From a virus, in the IMG/VR virus record IMGVR_UViG_3300027896_005002, positions 315,488-379,487 of that record: 64,000 nucleotides of DNA. One strand, written 5' to 3'. The notes beneath the pieces were generated by a model, which was not told where the DNA came from, searched no databases, and was given only the letters and a program-made list of their open reading frames with translations. The translations under genes were made by a program, and so were the position numbers. Positions 37,141 through 47,993 of this stretch are shown in pieces; the first letter of the stretch is position 1; each line of letters begins with the position of its first letter.

Positions 37141-40100
37141 CTAAACTACTCGCTCAATTTGATAATACAATAAATTATTAACTGTGTTTGTTACTGAATT
37201 AGCTCTATTCGTAGTAAACATTATTTTTACCAAATTAGGCTTATTTGATTCAATCATTACAGCAGATTCATCAACAATTGTCTGTATTAATTCATCTATC
37301 TCAGTTACAAGATCTGAAAATACTACTTCCTCAGGAATTTCAATATGTGTTGTAATCGTTAATGTTGTTCCATAAAAATTATCTTGAATCCCTGATGTTA
37401 AAATTGTTTCATTTCTTGATTCAATATAATTTGAATAACCTGTTTCCTCAGTTAATGGAAATTTCCGTTCAATAAATGGTTCAAATTGCCATTCTACATC
37501 TACAAAAGATTCACATATATGTGCATGTAAATCTTCAGGAATATTATAACTAATTATTGTACTAGCATTTGTAATCTGATTCATCAAATACGGTTGTGTC
37601 AAATCAAAATGATCACCTTGAACCGTATAAGTATTTAAAAGAAAATTTAACTGTCTATATATGACGTATTTATTAAATTTATAGATAATTTTTACGATCT
37701 CAACAACAGATGGATTGCTATCAAAACAAACTGTTCCTGACAATCCATCAACAGAACTAACAGATAACATATTACCTGACTGTGACGTCATCGTTTGCGT
37801 TCCAGCACCAATTGTTGTCAATGTAATCGGAAATCCACCTGATGTCGCAGATAATTGAATATGTGTTGAATCAATTCTAATTACAAAATATATTACCATT
37901 GGCACTAATGGCGCCGGTAATAATGCTGATGTTTCAAATGTTACTGTGTCATTATTAAACCAATCTTGATCAATAGTTATTTGCGAATTCAAAAGATTCA
38001 CAGCTGTTGGAGTAAATTGAATAGAAACAGTAACCTGAATATCATTCGGATTATTAGTTATTGTATTTTCACTCCAACTTAAAATTGGCTTATAAAATGT
38101 TGTACAACAATGATTTGTACCATTAAACTGAAATGATACATCTTCAGTTATAATTTGAGCTTGTTTATATTTATCTGCACAATTAGTTCTTACATCATCA
38201 CTACCTAAAAATTTAAAATCTATTTTTGTTATTTGATCAATAATATTCTTTGTTCTTATAGTCTCAAAAAACAAATATCTTAATAAAAAGAAAGTATGGG
38301 CAGGTTTTATCAATTTCAGCACATTAGTTGCACTTGTGTTAAAACTTTGCCAATCGGTAAATTTCTTATTATTTGCGTCAATATCAACAGCAAAAGTAAA
38401 TTGTCTTGCAATATCATACAAGAAATATTCAGTAATATTTACTGATAATGAACTAACAGTATGTTCTAATCCTAAAAACATTGTCAATCCATCAGTAATA
38501 CTTTCAATTGTTGATCCTTTAAAAAACATTTGCATTAATGTCAATAATGCTTGTCTATAATCAGAATTTATTGGAAATGCAGGTGATGGCGGCGTCTTCA
38601 ATAAATAACCCAAATTTTGATACAATAATTCAGTAGATTCCGATGTTGATGCATTATAATACATGTCATTATTATAAGATTCTGCTCGTTCTTTTGCTCG
38701 AGCTATTTCAGAAGCTATCATTCTAAAATAACCATCAAATACTGTCGATTCAGTATCTTTATTATACGTGCTTTCTAAATTATTCAGAATATTGCTAATA
38801 ATTTCAATTTGATATTTATACCATAAATCTCTTGTCGTTCTTGACGGTGTAACAATATCTCTGCAAACAAATGAATATGTTTGTGTCGGCATTACATGAG
38901 GACCATTTAATCCACTATAAAAATCTTTTGCGTCAATAGCTACATTTACTGTAGCTTTATCTTCAAATATTTCATTAGGAGTGATAGCAATCAAATATCC
39001 ACGACTTCTTGGAATATAAAAGAAATTCTTATTATCGTCAAAACTTGCAAGTGATAATACTAATGAATTAACAATTGCAATATTATACAAATTTATTAAA
39101 TCAATACTTGGTAAATATGCATAATTATCATTCAAAATTGTTGAACTAAAATATGGCAATGTATTAATATAGTTGTTAACTTTCTTTATAGTTGAAAATT
39201 CATCTCTTGTCAAATTCATTGTAGCAATAACAACGCCATCAACTATAATTCTCAATAAATATTCATCCAATGTTAAAAATACTTGAGTTGATGACCCAGA
39301 ATAATCTATTCTTAAGGCGTCTTTTACAACCAATTGATAAGTAGTATTTGAAATCTTAACTTTTACTGTTCTTATATCAACACCAGATACATCATCATCA
39401 ATAAAAAACATTACATTTGTTTCTCGAGAAACATCAACTGCTTTATCACGAGGCCAGCAACCTTTTAAATACGGCGCGCTTGAATCAATCGGTGTCAAAT
39501 TGATAGTCTTAATATTTGCTAAATTTCCAGCAACATCTTTAGCATAAATAACAACACTATCAATATCATCAAAATTTGGAATATTTGCTACTGGCCCAAT
39601 TTGTACCTGTAATGAGTAATACCCACCACCAGGATTAATTGGGCCAACACCAGTATAATTAAAGAATGACGAATTTTTAACAGTTGAATATTCGATGTCA
39701 TCAACAAATATTTTAACTGAATTAACATCAATTCCAGAACAAGTACTATCTGTTGATGATAATGGATCATAAAGATTTATTGTTAAATATGTATATAATG
39801 TAAAATCTAAATCAGCAGGAACAACTGATGTCACTATAGGTTTTATTACATCCAAATAAAAAAAGCGCTCAACTGGTGTAGTTGCTACAATATAATTTGT
39901 CTTTATTTCAGTCGCAGAATATGATCCTTTTGTAGCTGTCAAAGTAACAGTATATACTCCGGCAGTATTATAAACATGAATAGGATGTTGTAAACTACTA
40001 TGTGGCGTTGCATCACCAAAATTCCAATTCCAGCTAGTTGGACCACCAGTAGTCAAATCTAGAAAACTGACAGCTAAATTAATATTACCTATAGTCGGAG

Positions 40101-41574
40101 AACCACTGAAATCTACAACAATCGGTACTGTCACTATAATATAATTTGGTTTAACATTAATAGAAGAGCTAATACCTCTTGAAGCAGTTAAAGTAACAGT
40201 ATAAATGCCAGGAACATTATAAATGTGACTTGGATTTTGTAAACCACTATGAGGCGATGCATCACCAAAATCCCAATCCCAACTAGTAGGATTTCCCAAT
40301 GTTGAATCAATAAAATTTACAGTTAAAGGAGCATTACCAGAAGTAGTAGAACTAGAAAAATCAGTTATAATATTAACAGTAATATAATCTGTTTTTACTG
40401 CAGTAGAAGTATGTAAACCATCTGAAGCTATCAAAGTAACAGTATATATTCCGGCAGTGTCATAAATATGAATCGGATTTTGATCACCACTATGAAGTGA
40501 TCCATCACCAAAATCCCAATCCCAAATTGTTGCTCCGCCTGTCGTTAAGTCAGTGAAATTTACTGTTAAATTGGCATCACCAGAAGTAACAGAAGCAGAA
40601 AAATCTGCTACTATAACAACTAAATCTTCATAAGCACCTATACTTGGAGGATTTAATCTAGTTGTTTTAAGCACATCATCAACCGGACTATCAGTAAAAT
40701 GATGACCTGTATGTCTGGCTGGACTGCCATCTTGTAATGCATAAGGTTCTGCACCAGAACCTATAAAAAGAGGATCACCCTGTATTTCAGTAATATCTGG
40801 CGAAAATGGAACTGAATGATCTGTATAAGTATAAGCATCATAGCCATTATATTTCAAAACAATATTATAAGAATGTTGAAAATCAGCTATAATATGACCA
40901 AATAAAAGCGTATTATCAATTGTTATTCCCCCATATGTTGTAACTTCATTCTCAGTGACTATATTATTTCGAATATATACTTTATTAACTGCTTTATTTC
41001 CACGAATAGCAAAATTTATGTCGGTAGTTCTAATAAATGTATTATTTTCTATTATTATATGATCGACATCACCTGCAGCATCAGTATCTATAAGAACATC
41101 ACCATAACCAACACCATCACAATAAAAAATATTATTTGTGATTATACAATCATTTCCATAATTACCATGAATGAATAAATCACATACTTGTGATGGAGTA
41201 CCTACAAAACCAATCTTACAATACTTCATGTCTTTACAATCTATAATGATAAGACCACCTGAAGTATCATCATTTGTCCAAATATGTAAATCTCTAAGTT
41301 CTCCAATATTTTCAAACCAATTATCTACACCCAAATAAATCTCATCAGTATGAAAATCAGTACCATGCATTGTACAGGCGCCCATTCCATATACAAAACT
41401 AGAAGTCACTGATTCAGTAATAACTCCTCTAACTTCAACAACATCAGTTGGACTCAAAGTTACACTATGGGCATCCAATCCTACAAAAAGATCATTAAAA
41501 GTGAGTGCGGCTTTAACTTCAGTATCAAATGGCCAAGTATTTGATCCGGTTGCTTTTACATAATAAACAGCCAT
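37141..41574 (-). CDS. giant fibre/adhesin-like protein with an N-terminal beta-helix and 3 PKD domains
   Basis: Three tandem PKD units ...TVNFTD...W(D/N)WDFGDGS...HIYDTAGIYTVTL. The N-terminal region carries parallel beta-helix repeats (NNTFIRT...NNIVTEN). Confidence 0.6.
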   Translation of the reverse strand: MAVYYVKATGSNTWPFDTEVKAALTFNDLFVGLDAHSVTLSPTDVVEVRGVITESVTSSFVYGMGACTMHGTDFHTDEIYLGVDNWFENIGELRDLHIWTNDDTSGGLIIIDCKDMKYCKIGFVGTPSQVCDLFIHGNYGNDCIITNNIFYCDGVGYGDVLIDTDAAGDVDHIIIENNTFIRTTDINFAIRGNKAVNKVYIRNNIVTENEVTTYGGITIDNTLLFGHIIADFQHSYNIVLKYNGYDAYTYTDHSVPFSPDITEIQGDPLFIGSGAEPYALQDGSPARHTGHHFTDSPVDDVLKTTRLNPPSIGAYEDLVVIVADFSASVTSGDANLTVNFTDLTTGGATIWDWDFGDGSLHSGDQNPIHIYDTAGIYTVTLIASDGLHTSTAVKTDYITVNIITDFSSSTTSGNAPLTVNFIDSTLGNPTSWDWDFGDASPHSGLQNPSHIYNVPGIYTVTLTASRGISSSINVKPNYIIVTVPIVVDFSGSPTIGNINLAVSFLDLTTGGPTSWNWNFGDATPHSSLQHPIHVYNTAGVYTVTLTATKGSYSATEIKTNYIVATTPVERFFYLDVIKPIVTSVVPADLDFTLYTYLTINLYDPLSSTDSTCSGIDVNSVKIFVDDIEYSTVKNSSFFNYTGVGPINPGGGYYSLQVQIGPVANIPNFDDIDSVVIYAKDVAGNLANIKTINLTPIDSSAPYLKGCWPRDKAVDVSRETNVMFFIDDDVSGVDIRTVKVKISNTTYQLVVKDALRIDYSGSSTQVFLTLDEYLLRIIVDGVVIATMNLTRDEFSTIKKVNNYINTLPYFSSTILNDNYAYLPSIDLINLYNIAIVNSLVLSLASFDDNKNFFYIPRSRGYLIAITPNEIFEDKATVNVAIDAKDFYSGLNGPHVMPTQTYSFVCRDIVTPSRTTRDLWYKYQIEIISNILNNLESTYNKDTESTVFDGYFRMIASEIARAKERAESYNNDMYYNASTSESTELLYQNLGYLLKTPPSPAFPINSDYRQALLTLMQMFFKGSTIESITDGLTMFLGLEHTVSSLSVNITEYFLYDIARQFTFAVDIDANNKKFTDWQSFNTSATNVLKLIKPAHTFFLLRYLFFETIRTKNIIDQITKIDFKFLGSDDVRTNCADKYKQAQIITEDVSFQFNGTNHCCTTFYKPILSWSENTITNNPNDIQVTVSIQFTPTAVNLLNSQITIDQDWFNNDTVTFETSALLPAPLVPMVIYFVIRIDSTHIQLSATSGGFPITLTTIGAGTQTMTSQSGNMLSVSSVDGLSGTVCFDSNPSVVEIVKIIYKFNKYVIYRQLNFLLNTYTVQGDHFDLTQPYLMNQITNASTIISYNIPEDLHAHICESFVDVEWQFEPFIERKFPLTEETGYSNYIESRNETILTSGIQDNFYGTTLTITTHIEIPEEVVFSDLVTEIDELIQTIVDESAVMIESNKPNLVKIMFTTNRANSVTNTVNNLLYYQIERVV

Positions 41575-41601
41575 GTATTACTCCATACTATAATTTTTAT
41601 A

Positions 41602-44600
41602 CTAACCAACTTTTATAGATTCAACATTACCAGCAACATCAACAGAAAAATATTTTATATGATAAATTCCGCTCAATGGTACAGTTATTGTAAAAGTTTC
41701 AGTATACGGTGAAAGTAATGTTGGATCTGGTACTGGAATAGATGATAATCTTATTTCATAATATGTCCGTTTTGCACCAGATACATTGTCAATAGCTGTA
41801 AATGTAATCACTGGATTATTTGTCCATTGACCTGAAATATTATCAATTGTAGTCGGCGGATTTACATCTAATTTAAAAACATAACTTTTAATTTGTTCAG
41901 TATTTCCAACATTGTCAACACTAAAAAAGTATAAAGTATGAATGCCTTCAGATGGTATTAAAAATACGCCAGTATATACCATAAAGAAAATACTATTGTC
42001 CCATTTATAATAAATAGCATTTACACCTGAATGCGCATCAACAGCTGTTAAGCTTATATTTGGATTTGTAACATACCAATTTTCTAAACCGTTAGGTGGA
42101 CTTACAACAACACTTGTAATTGGCGCAATATTATCAATTTGAACAATATCTGTAGCGGTTTGAACTAATTCAATATTTCCTGCATAATCTTGTGCGAAAT
42201 ATTTAATTGTATATTGACCTGAAATATCAAGTATTATTGATGCATCAAATATATCAACGGGTGTAGGACTTGTAACAACTACATCAGGCACTAAACCGTG
42301 TATATTGTAAGTTATGCTCTTAATTCCAGAATTGTTCGGTGTATTAAAATCTGTAGCTGACAATGTAACTATAGCAGATGATACCCAACCAGTATGACCT
42401 GGAGCGGGATTCCAGCCAATTATTGATGATGTGTCATCTGTTGTTACGGGAATAAAAGTATCTAATTTTATGATATTATTGAATCCGACCAACTGTGTGA
42501 TAGTAGATTCAATTGTAAGATTATTATTTTTATCAATTATTGCTACAAAAGCAGTATGTTGACCCTCAAAATTATATGTATATGATACGCCATTGAAGAA
42601 TAAATGCGGACTTAATTGATTGTAAAAATCATCAACATAACTAACAGTAGATGTTGAATGTGGTATAATATCAATTTGTTTTGATAACGGTGTCACATTA
42701 TCCTGAGAAGTCGTAAAAATATAATCAATTTCAAAAGTATCATTGCCTAAAAGAGCAACATTTGTTGCAGCAAAAAATCTACTAGGATTTATATCCAAAG
42801 TAATAGAAGAATATATTCCACCATGAATAGTGTTAACAATACTTGAAACTGAAATCATTTGTTCTATAAATGGATCAACTCTAAAGGCTTCAAATGTAAC
42901 TATATATGCGCCACTTATAGAAATAGTTTCTAAATAAACAACTGTTGATGATGATGTTACAAAAAATGTATCACCTTGAACAATTGATGATCCTTTAGCA
43001 GCTGCGAGTGCTCCATCACCTGTATCAGTACCATCACCTGAAAAAAATCTATTTGCATTGTTTAAGGATCCACTGCCGTCAGTCGTTAAATCAATGAAGA
43101 TATTATTTACAGCATCATTATATGTTAATGCTAACTTTAATTCAGTAGATGACACATAAATTGCATAATATGCTGTCATTGTAGTTAACGGTGTCGGTAA
43201 TAAATCTGGAAATATAGGAGCTATAATTTCAACAACATCACCTGTTTCATAAGTATTTACTGGAACAGTTAATATATCTGTTGCTGCACTTGCAACAAAT
43301 GATGTTTGTGGAAAATATGAAATTAATAAATTTTCAGTTGTCGTTAATTGGGTTAAATTTGCATATAATGATGGAATGACAGATTTATTGATACTAACAA
43401 CAAAAGAACTTTCTTTAAAAACATAATGTAATTGATCTTCAAATGTTACCTTTATTTCGGGTGATGTCCCGTTAATATACCAACCATCACTATTTGGAGA
43501 TAACGGATTATTTGTATGTAAACTATCAACAATGTCTGTTATAATTACTGGTCTTTGATTTATAATAGCAATTTTTGCAGGATATGTTTCAAATGGTTCA
43601 ACATTACCTGCAATATCAGTCGATCTATATTGTAAATTGTAAAATCCACTATCTGCAAGAATGACAATTAAACCAGAGCCTGATCGTGTAGTGAAATTAA
43701 TATCATCTGCTGAATATGTAACTATATAATCTGTGGACGTTATTCTAGAATATGTGTAATTAACCAATATATTATCACTTACGCCAAAAGGTTCTAATAT
43801 ATAAATTTTGTTGTCATTAAAATAGTCAACTGTTAAATATTGACTTGTAGTATCATTAAATACTGTAACAATACTGTCTATAATGCCACTAACAGTTAAT
43901 ATATTATTGACAACATCTCTATCTATCGGTAATTCAGTAACAGTAACAGATAAATCATCAGTAGGTAACAAATATAATCTGAAATCTGTTATAATATTTC
44001 CTGAACCTAATGATGCTAATTCAATAGCATTATTTGCAATTGCATTAGCATATGAATATGCAAGCTTTATTGCAATTGGAGACAATTTAATAATGTAATA
44101 AGTTTGATTTCGTACTAATGGTTCTGGTAATGATAGACCTGTCAGTTTTACTGCATCTCCAGTAGCATATTTATAATTAGGTTCTGATAAATCTAAAGTG
44201 TCATCTATTATTATTGATACAGTAAATAATGTTGGTGCATGACTATTAAAAATTGTTGCTTCTGGCGTTACTCTAACTAAATCGCCATTACCACTAGATG
44301 TTAAATCAATCGGTGTAGGAACAATTGCAATTGCATCAGCATAAGTTGCTGCAAGTTGTAATTGTGTTGCAGACAATCTAATTGCATAATAATTTGTTGA
44401 TTCAGTTAATGGTGCTGGTAATGAAGATCCTATAACATTTACAACATATCCCGTTTGATAAATATTAGAGCTAACAGTTAATATATCAGTTAATGAGTCA
44501 GCTGTAAATGCTATATGAGTATAATTTAAATTTAAAGTTGCCAAATAAGCATCTAATTCAGTCCATGTTCTAAAATATTGTAAAGTTTGTCTTAATGACG

Positions 44601-47600
44601 GCGTCATCAATGATGTAATTTCATATTGTCTCGTAACATCATTATAATCAACTACAGGAGCTAATGTGCAAAGAATATCATATCTAGAAGGTACGATAAA
44701 TCCTGCATCTTGTATATGATCGCCAATGGGTCCATAATTATTTTGCCACTTTTCATCAGTTTCTTCATCAGTATCTTGAATTCTATCAATATCGGTAAAA
44801 TCGTTAATATAATTTGTAGATACACTATTTATTGATGTTATAGGTGGCGCGATATCAAAATTTAATATTATTTCATGTGGTGATTCAATATTTCCAGCAA
44901 TATCTGATGAAAAATAAACGAATGTTATTGTTCTAGATGCTAATACAAATGGTAATTGTATGGGTCCCGTATAATAGCGGATCGTGGGATCCTTATCCAT
45001 TTGATAAATAATTTTGTCAACGCCTGAAATATTATCTGTCGCAGTTAATGTTATTTGCTGTTGTTGTGTATAATAATTATTAATTGATCCAGGAAAGATA
45101 CTTATACTGGTTTCAGGATTTGTTGAATCAAGATAATAAATCTTTTGTGTTATTGCAGTTTCTGTATCAGTAACAGCTTTAGCACTTACCAACCAAATAT
45201 TATCACTTGGTAATGTAAATAGATTTGTATAGGTCTGATATAAATAAGTTTCTGTAAATGTATATTCTGGTTGAAGATCAAAATCAAGACCAAACACAGT
45301 TAAAGTAGCATCAAATTTTCCAGGATTAACAAATTTTATTTCTGATGTTGCAACTCCAGTTGCTGCAGCCGGTGATGTAACAGTAATATATCCAGTTCCA
45401 GCTAAACCATCAACACCAGTTTGCGTTGCTATAACTGTACCAATAGCATTGTTGATGCCATCAATAATGTCTTGAATCGATGTATTTCTAGAGTCGACAC
45501 CTCTAATGTCAATTGTTAATGGTTGACCTGATTGATCAATTTCAAGAGAAATTAATGACCCATTAAATAAATCAATTGGACTTGTTATTTGAACTGTACT
45601 AGTATAGGTTGCTGTCGTTGGTTTGCTGTTTGGAGCAATTTTATATTGTAATGTGTTTATTAAGTTAGGTTTGTTTGTAACAACACCAATATCAGGCGAT
45701 GATCTATACCAACCGTGTTTTCCGTTTATTGGAAAACTTTCAGTTAATATTACTTGTAGAGTTGTTTCACCAAGCTCAATTCTAAATGGATCAGATTGTT
45801 TTACACTTTCAATATTTCCAGCATCATCTACTGAAAAGAATTTTACAACATATAATCCAGAATCTTTAATTTCAAAAGATGATCCCGATTTAGAATTAAT
45901 TGTAGGAGTTGTTCCATCAATTGTATAATATGTTGTTGTATTATCTGATGCACTATCTGTTGTTAAAAAAGTTATTGTAACTGGTTCATGAGAAACAGTT
46001 AATGGGATTAAAATTTCAGTTGATGGAACAATATTATCATATTTGAACACTTGCGTTAAAGCATCTTCTTTATTTCCTGCTATATCTACAGAATAAGCTT
46101 GTAAATAATGAACACCAATATTTGGTATTGTTATAAACAATGATGTATATTCTTGAAATGGTTGACCATCCCAAGAATAAAATATTTGTTTTAACCCAGA
46201 TACATTATCAGTAGCAGATAATGAAATAATCGGAGATGTTAAATACCAATTATTTGACCCATCAGGTACAATATTAGTATTTACAGTTGTAATAGGCGAA
46301 TGACTGTCAATTTTTACATATTCTGTTTGTACATCATTTATCTCGCTAGTAGAATGGCTTATTGAATAATATCTTATTCTTAATCCGGTTATTGTTATAT
46401 CACCAGTGCCTGCAAAAGTAAAATCAATAAAATTATTAGCTACTGCATTGGCAAAAGTTGTCGCAAGTCTTATAGTTGTTGAAGATAATCTAATAACATA
46501 ATATTGTGTACCTGAAACTAATGGTACTGGAATAGATGGTCCTGAAACAGTAACAATATCTCCAGTAAAATAATTATTGTCGTTGCTTATTGTTATTATA
46601 CTAGTTATTAACCGTCCTATACCTGTTGAAGCAATATCAACAAAATTAATATCTCTAGCATTTTCCTGAGATATCGACAATCTTATTTGCGTGTCAGATA
46701 ATCTAATGATATAATAATTAGTTGTTTCTGACAATACTGAAGGTAACGAGTCATCAAATAAAACAGTACTTAAAGTATCAACTGTAAAGGCATCATCTGC
46801 ATTAAGTGACGCAGCCTTTGCAGTCGTTAATTCTCCACTAGTAACATCTGACCCGTCAGCAGTATTAAATATATCTGATATACTTAAATTTTCGCCAATA
46901 ATAAGATCTGCCAATGTGGCATAATTTGACGGAATAACTGGTTTTCCTGCTCCAGATACAGTAGTAATAGAATAACTACGGACAGTACCAGATCCATTAT
47001 TTGTTAAATGAATTGCAATATTCGCTTTTGCATCATCAAATGTTAAAGCAAGTTTTAAAGAACTTTCAGAAATTCGAATCGCATAATAATTTGTTGATGT
47101 ATTTAATGGTGATGGTAAAGAATTTCCAGAAACTGTTATGATATCACCAGTAGTATAAATGTCTAATGACAAATTCAAATATAATATATCATCACCTAAA
47201 TCAGAAATGAAATTAATCGGCATATCACGAATAAATAAAATTTCACTCGCTGTTGCTGCACCACCAGTTGTTAAATCTATAGGTATATTAGCCAATGCAT
47301 CAGTATACGATGCTGCTAGTTTTATTGAAGTATTACTAATATGAATTACAAAATAATATATATTTTCTTGTAACGGTGTGGGTAATGATCCACCAGTTAA
47401 AGTTACGATATCTCCAGTATTATAAGAATTATTGCCAATCAAAAGATCTGTTATACTATCACACACAAAAACATTCGCAGGAATATCAACATTCAATATA
47501 CTTGTTTCTAACTGTCCTCCAACACCTGTGCTAATCAATGTAATAAAATTGTTTAAAATAGCATCATCATATGTTAAAGCTAATTGTATTGTTGTCGGAG

Positions 47601-47985
47601 ATGTAATGATTACATAATAATTTGTTCCTACAACTAATGGATCTGGCAACGCAAATCCCGAAACATTTACAATATCACCAACAGTATAAATACTAGAATC
47701 AAAAACATTTAATTCGCTTGTTAGTATATTAGCAATAAAAGATACTGGACCATTTACTGTGAAATTAAATGCATTACTCGACCAAAAACCTTTAGCAACT
47801 ATGGGATAAGTTTCGTCTTGTAATATAAATGGACTGATATATTGTAATCTTGTAATCGAAGTTTTAGGATCAGTACCATCTAAAGTATAATATGTATCAC
47901 TTGGTTCATTTACTGTAAAATAAACTGCAAAAAAACTATTACACCACTGTGTTGAAATATTGCTAACAGTTATTGGAATTCCCAT
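41602..47985 (-). CDS. giant fibre protein (2127 aa) with repeated ~55-aa Y-TGD-V...LP-PL...YY-IR repeats and CHB_HEX_C-like modules
   Basis: At least 10 copies of ...Y.TGDIVTVSG.SLP.PL...T.YY.IR.S.T.I.LA.T..DA.AN..I.LT..G.G. Several YYTIDGT.P...I..SG.Y.VKFFSVD.AGN.E modules (chitobiase/hexosaminidase C-terminal-like) occur. Confidence 0.5.
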   Translation of the reverse strand: MGIPITVSNISTQWCNSFFAVYFTVNEPSDTYYTLDGTDPKTSITRLQYISPFILQDETYPIVAKGFWSSNAFNFTVNGPVSFIANILTSELNVFDSSIYTVGDIVNVSGFALPDPLVVGTNYYVIITSPTTIQLALTYDDAILNNFITLISTGVGGQLETSILNVDIPANVFVCDSITDLLIGNNSYNTGDIVTLTGGSLPTPLQENIYYFVIHISNTSIKLAASYTDALANIPIDLTTGGAATASEILFIRDMPINFISDLGDDILYLNLSLDIYTTGDIITVSGNSLPSPLNTSTNYYAIRISESSLKLALTFDDAKANIAIHLTNNGSGTVRSYSITTVSGAGKPVIPSNYATLADLIIGENLSISDIFNTADGSDVTSGELTTAKAASLNADDAFTVDTLSTVLFDDSLPSVLSETTNYYIIRLSDTQIRLSISQENARDINFVDIASTGIGRLITSIITISNDNNYFTGDIVTVSGPSIPVPLVSGTQYYVIRLSSTTIRLATTFANAVANNFIDFTFAGTGDITITGLRIRYYSISHSTSEINDVQTEYVKIDSHSPITTVNTNIVPDGSNNWYLTSPIISLSATDNVSGLKQIFYSWDGQPFQEYTSLFITIPNIGVHYLQAYSVDIAGNKEDALTQVFKYDNIVPSTEILIPLTVSHEPVTITFLTTDSASDNTTTYYTIDGTTPTINSKSGSSFEIKDSGLYVVKFFSVDDAGNIESVKQSDPFRIELGETTLQVILTESFPINGKHGWYRSSPDIGVVTNKPNLINTLQYKIAPNSKPTTATYTSTVQITSPIDLFNGSLISLEIDQSGQPLTIDIRGVDSRNTSIQDIIDGINNAIGTVIATQTGVDGLAGTGYITVTSPAAATGVATSEIKFVNPGKFDATLTVFGLDFDLQPEYTFTETYLYQTYTNLFTLPSDNIWLVSAKAVTDTETAITQKIYYLDSTNPETSISIFPGSINNYYTQQQQITLTATDNISGVDKIIYQMDKDPTIRYYTGPIQLPFVLASRTITFVYFSSDIAGNIESPHEIILNFDIAPPITSINSVSTNYINDFTDIDRIQDTDEETDEKWQNNYGPIGDHIQDAGFIVPSRYDILCTLAPVVDYNDVTRQYEITSLMTPSLRQTLQYFRTWTELDAYLATLNLNYTHIAFTADSLTDILTVSSNIYQTGYVVNVIGSSLPAPLTESTNYYAIRLSATQLQLAATYADAIAIVPTPIDLTSSGNGDLVRVTPEATIFNSHAPTLFTVSIIIDDTLDLSEPNYKYATGDAVKLTGLSLPEPLVRNQTYYIIKLSPIAIKLAYSYANAIANNAIELASLGSGNIITDFRLYLLPTDDLSVTVTELPIDRDVVNNILTVSGIIDSIVTVFNDTTSQYLTVDYFNDNKIYILEPFGVSDNILVNYTYSRITSTDYIVTYSADDINFTTRSGSGLIVILADSGFYNLQYRSTDIAGNVEPFETYPAKIAIINQRPVIITDIVDSLHTNNPLSPNSDGWYINGTSPEIKVTFEDQLHYVFKESSFVVSINKSVIPSLYANLTQLTTTENLLISYFPQTSFVASAATDILTVPVNTYETGDVVEIIAPIFPDLLPTPLTTMTAYYAIYVSSTELKLALTYNDAVNNIFIDLTTDGSGSLNNANRFFSGDGTDTGDGALAAAKGSSIVQGDTFFVTSSSTVVYLETISISGAYIVTFEAFRVDPFIEQMISVSSIVNTIHGGIYSSITLDINPSRFFAATNVALLGNDTFEIDYIFTTSQDNVTPLSKQIDIIPHSTSTVSYVDDFYNQLSPHLFFNGVSYTYNFEGQHTAFVAIIDKNNNLTIESTITQLVGFNNIIKLDTFIPVTTDDTSSIIGWNPAPGHTGWVSSAIVTLSATDFNTPNNSGIKSITYNIHGLVPDVVVTSPTPVDIFDASIILDISGQYTIKYFAQDYAGNIELVQTATDIVQIDNIAPITSVVVSPPNGLENWYVTNPNISLTAVDAHSGVNAIYYKWDNSIFFMVYTGVFLIPSEGIHTLYFFSVDNVGNTEQIKSYVFKLDVNPPTTIDNISGQWTNNPVITFTAIDNVSGAKRTYYEIRLSSIPVPDPTLLSPYTETFTITVPLSGIYHIKYFSVDVAGNVESIKVG

Positions 47986-47993
47986 AGTATCCC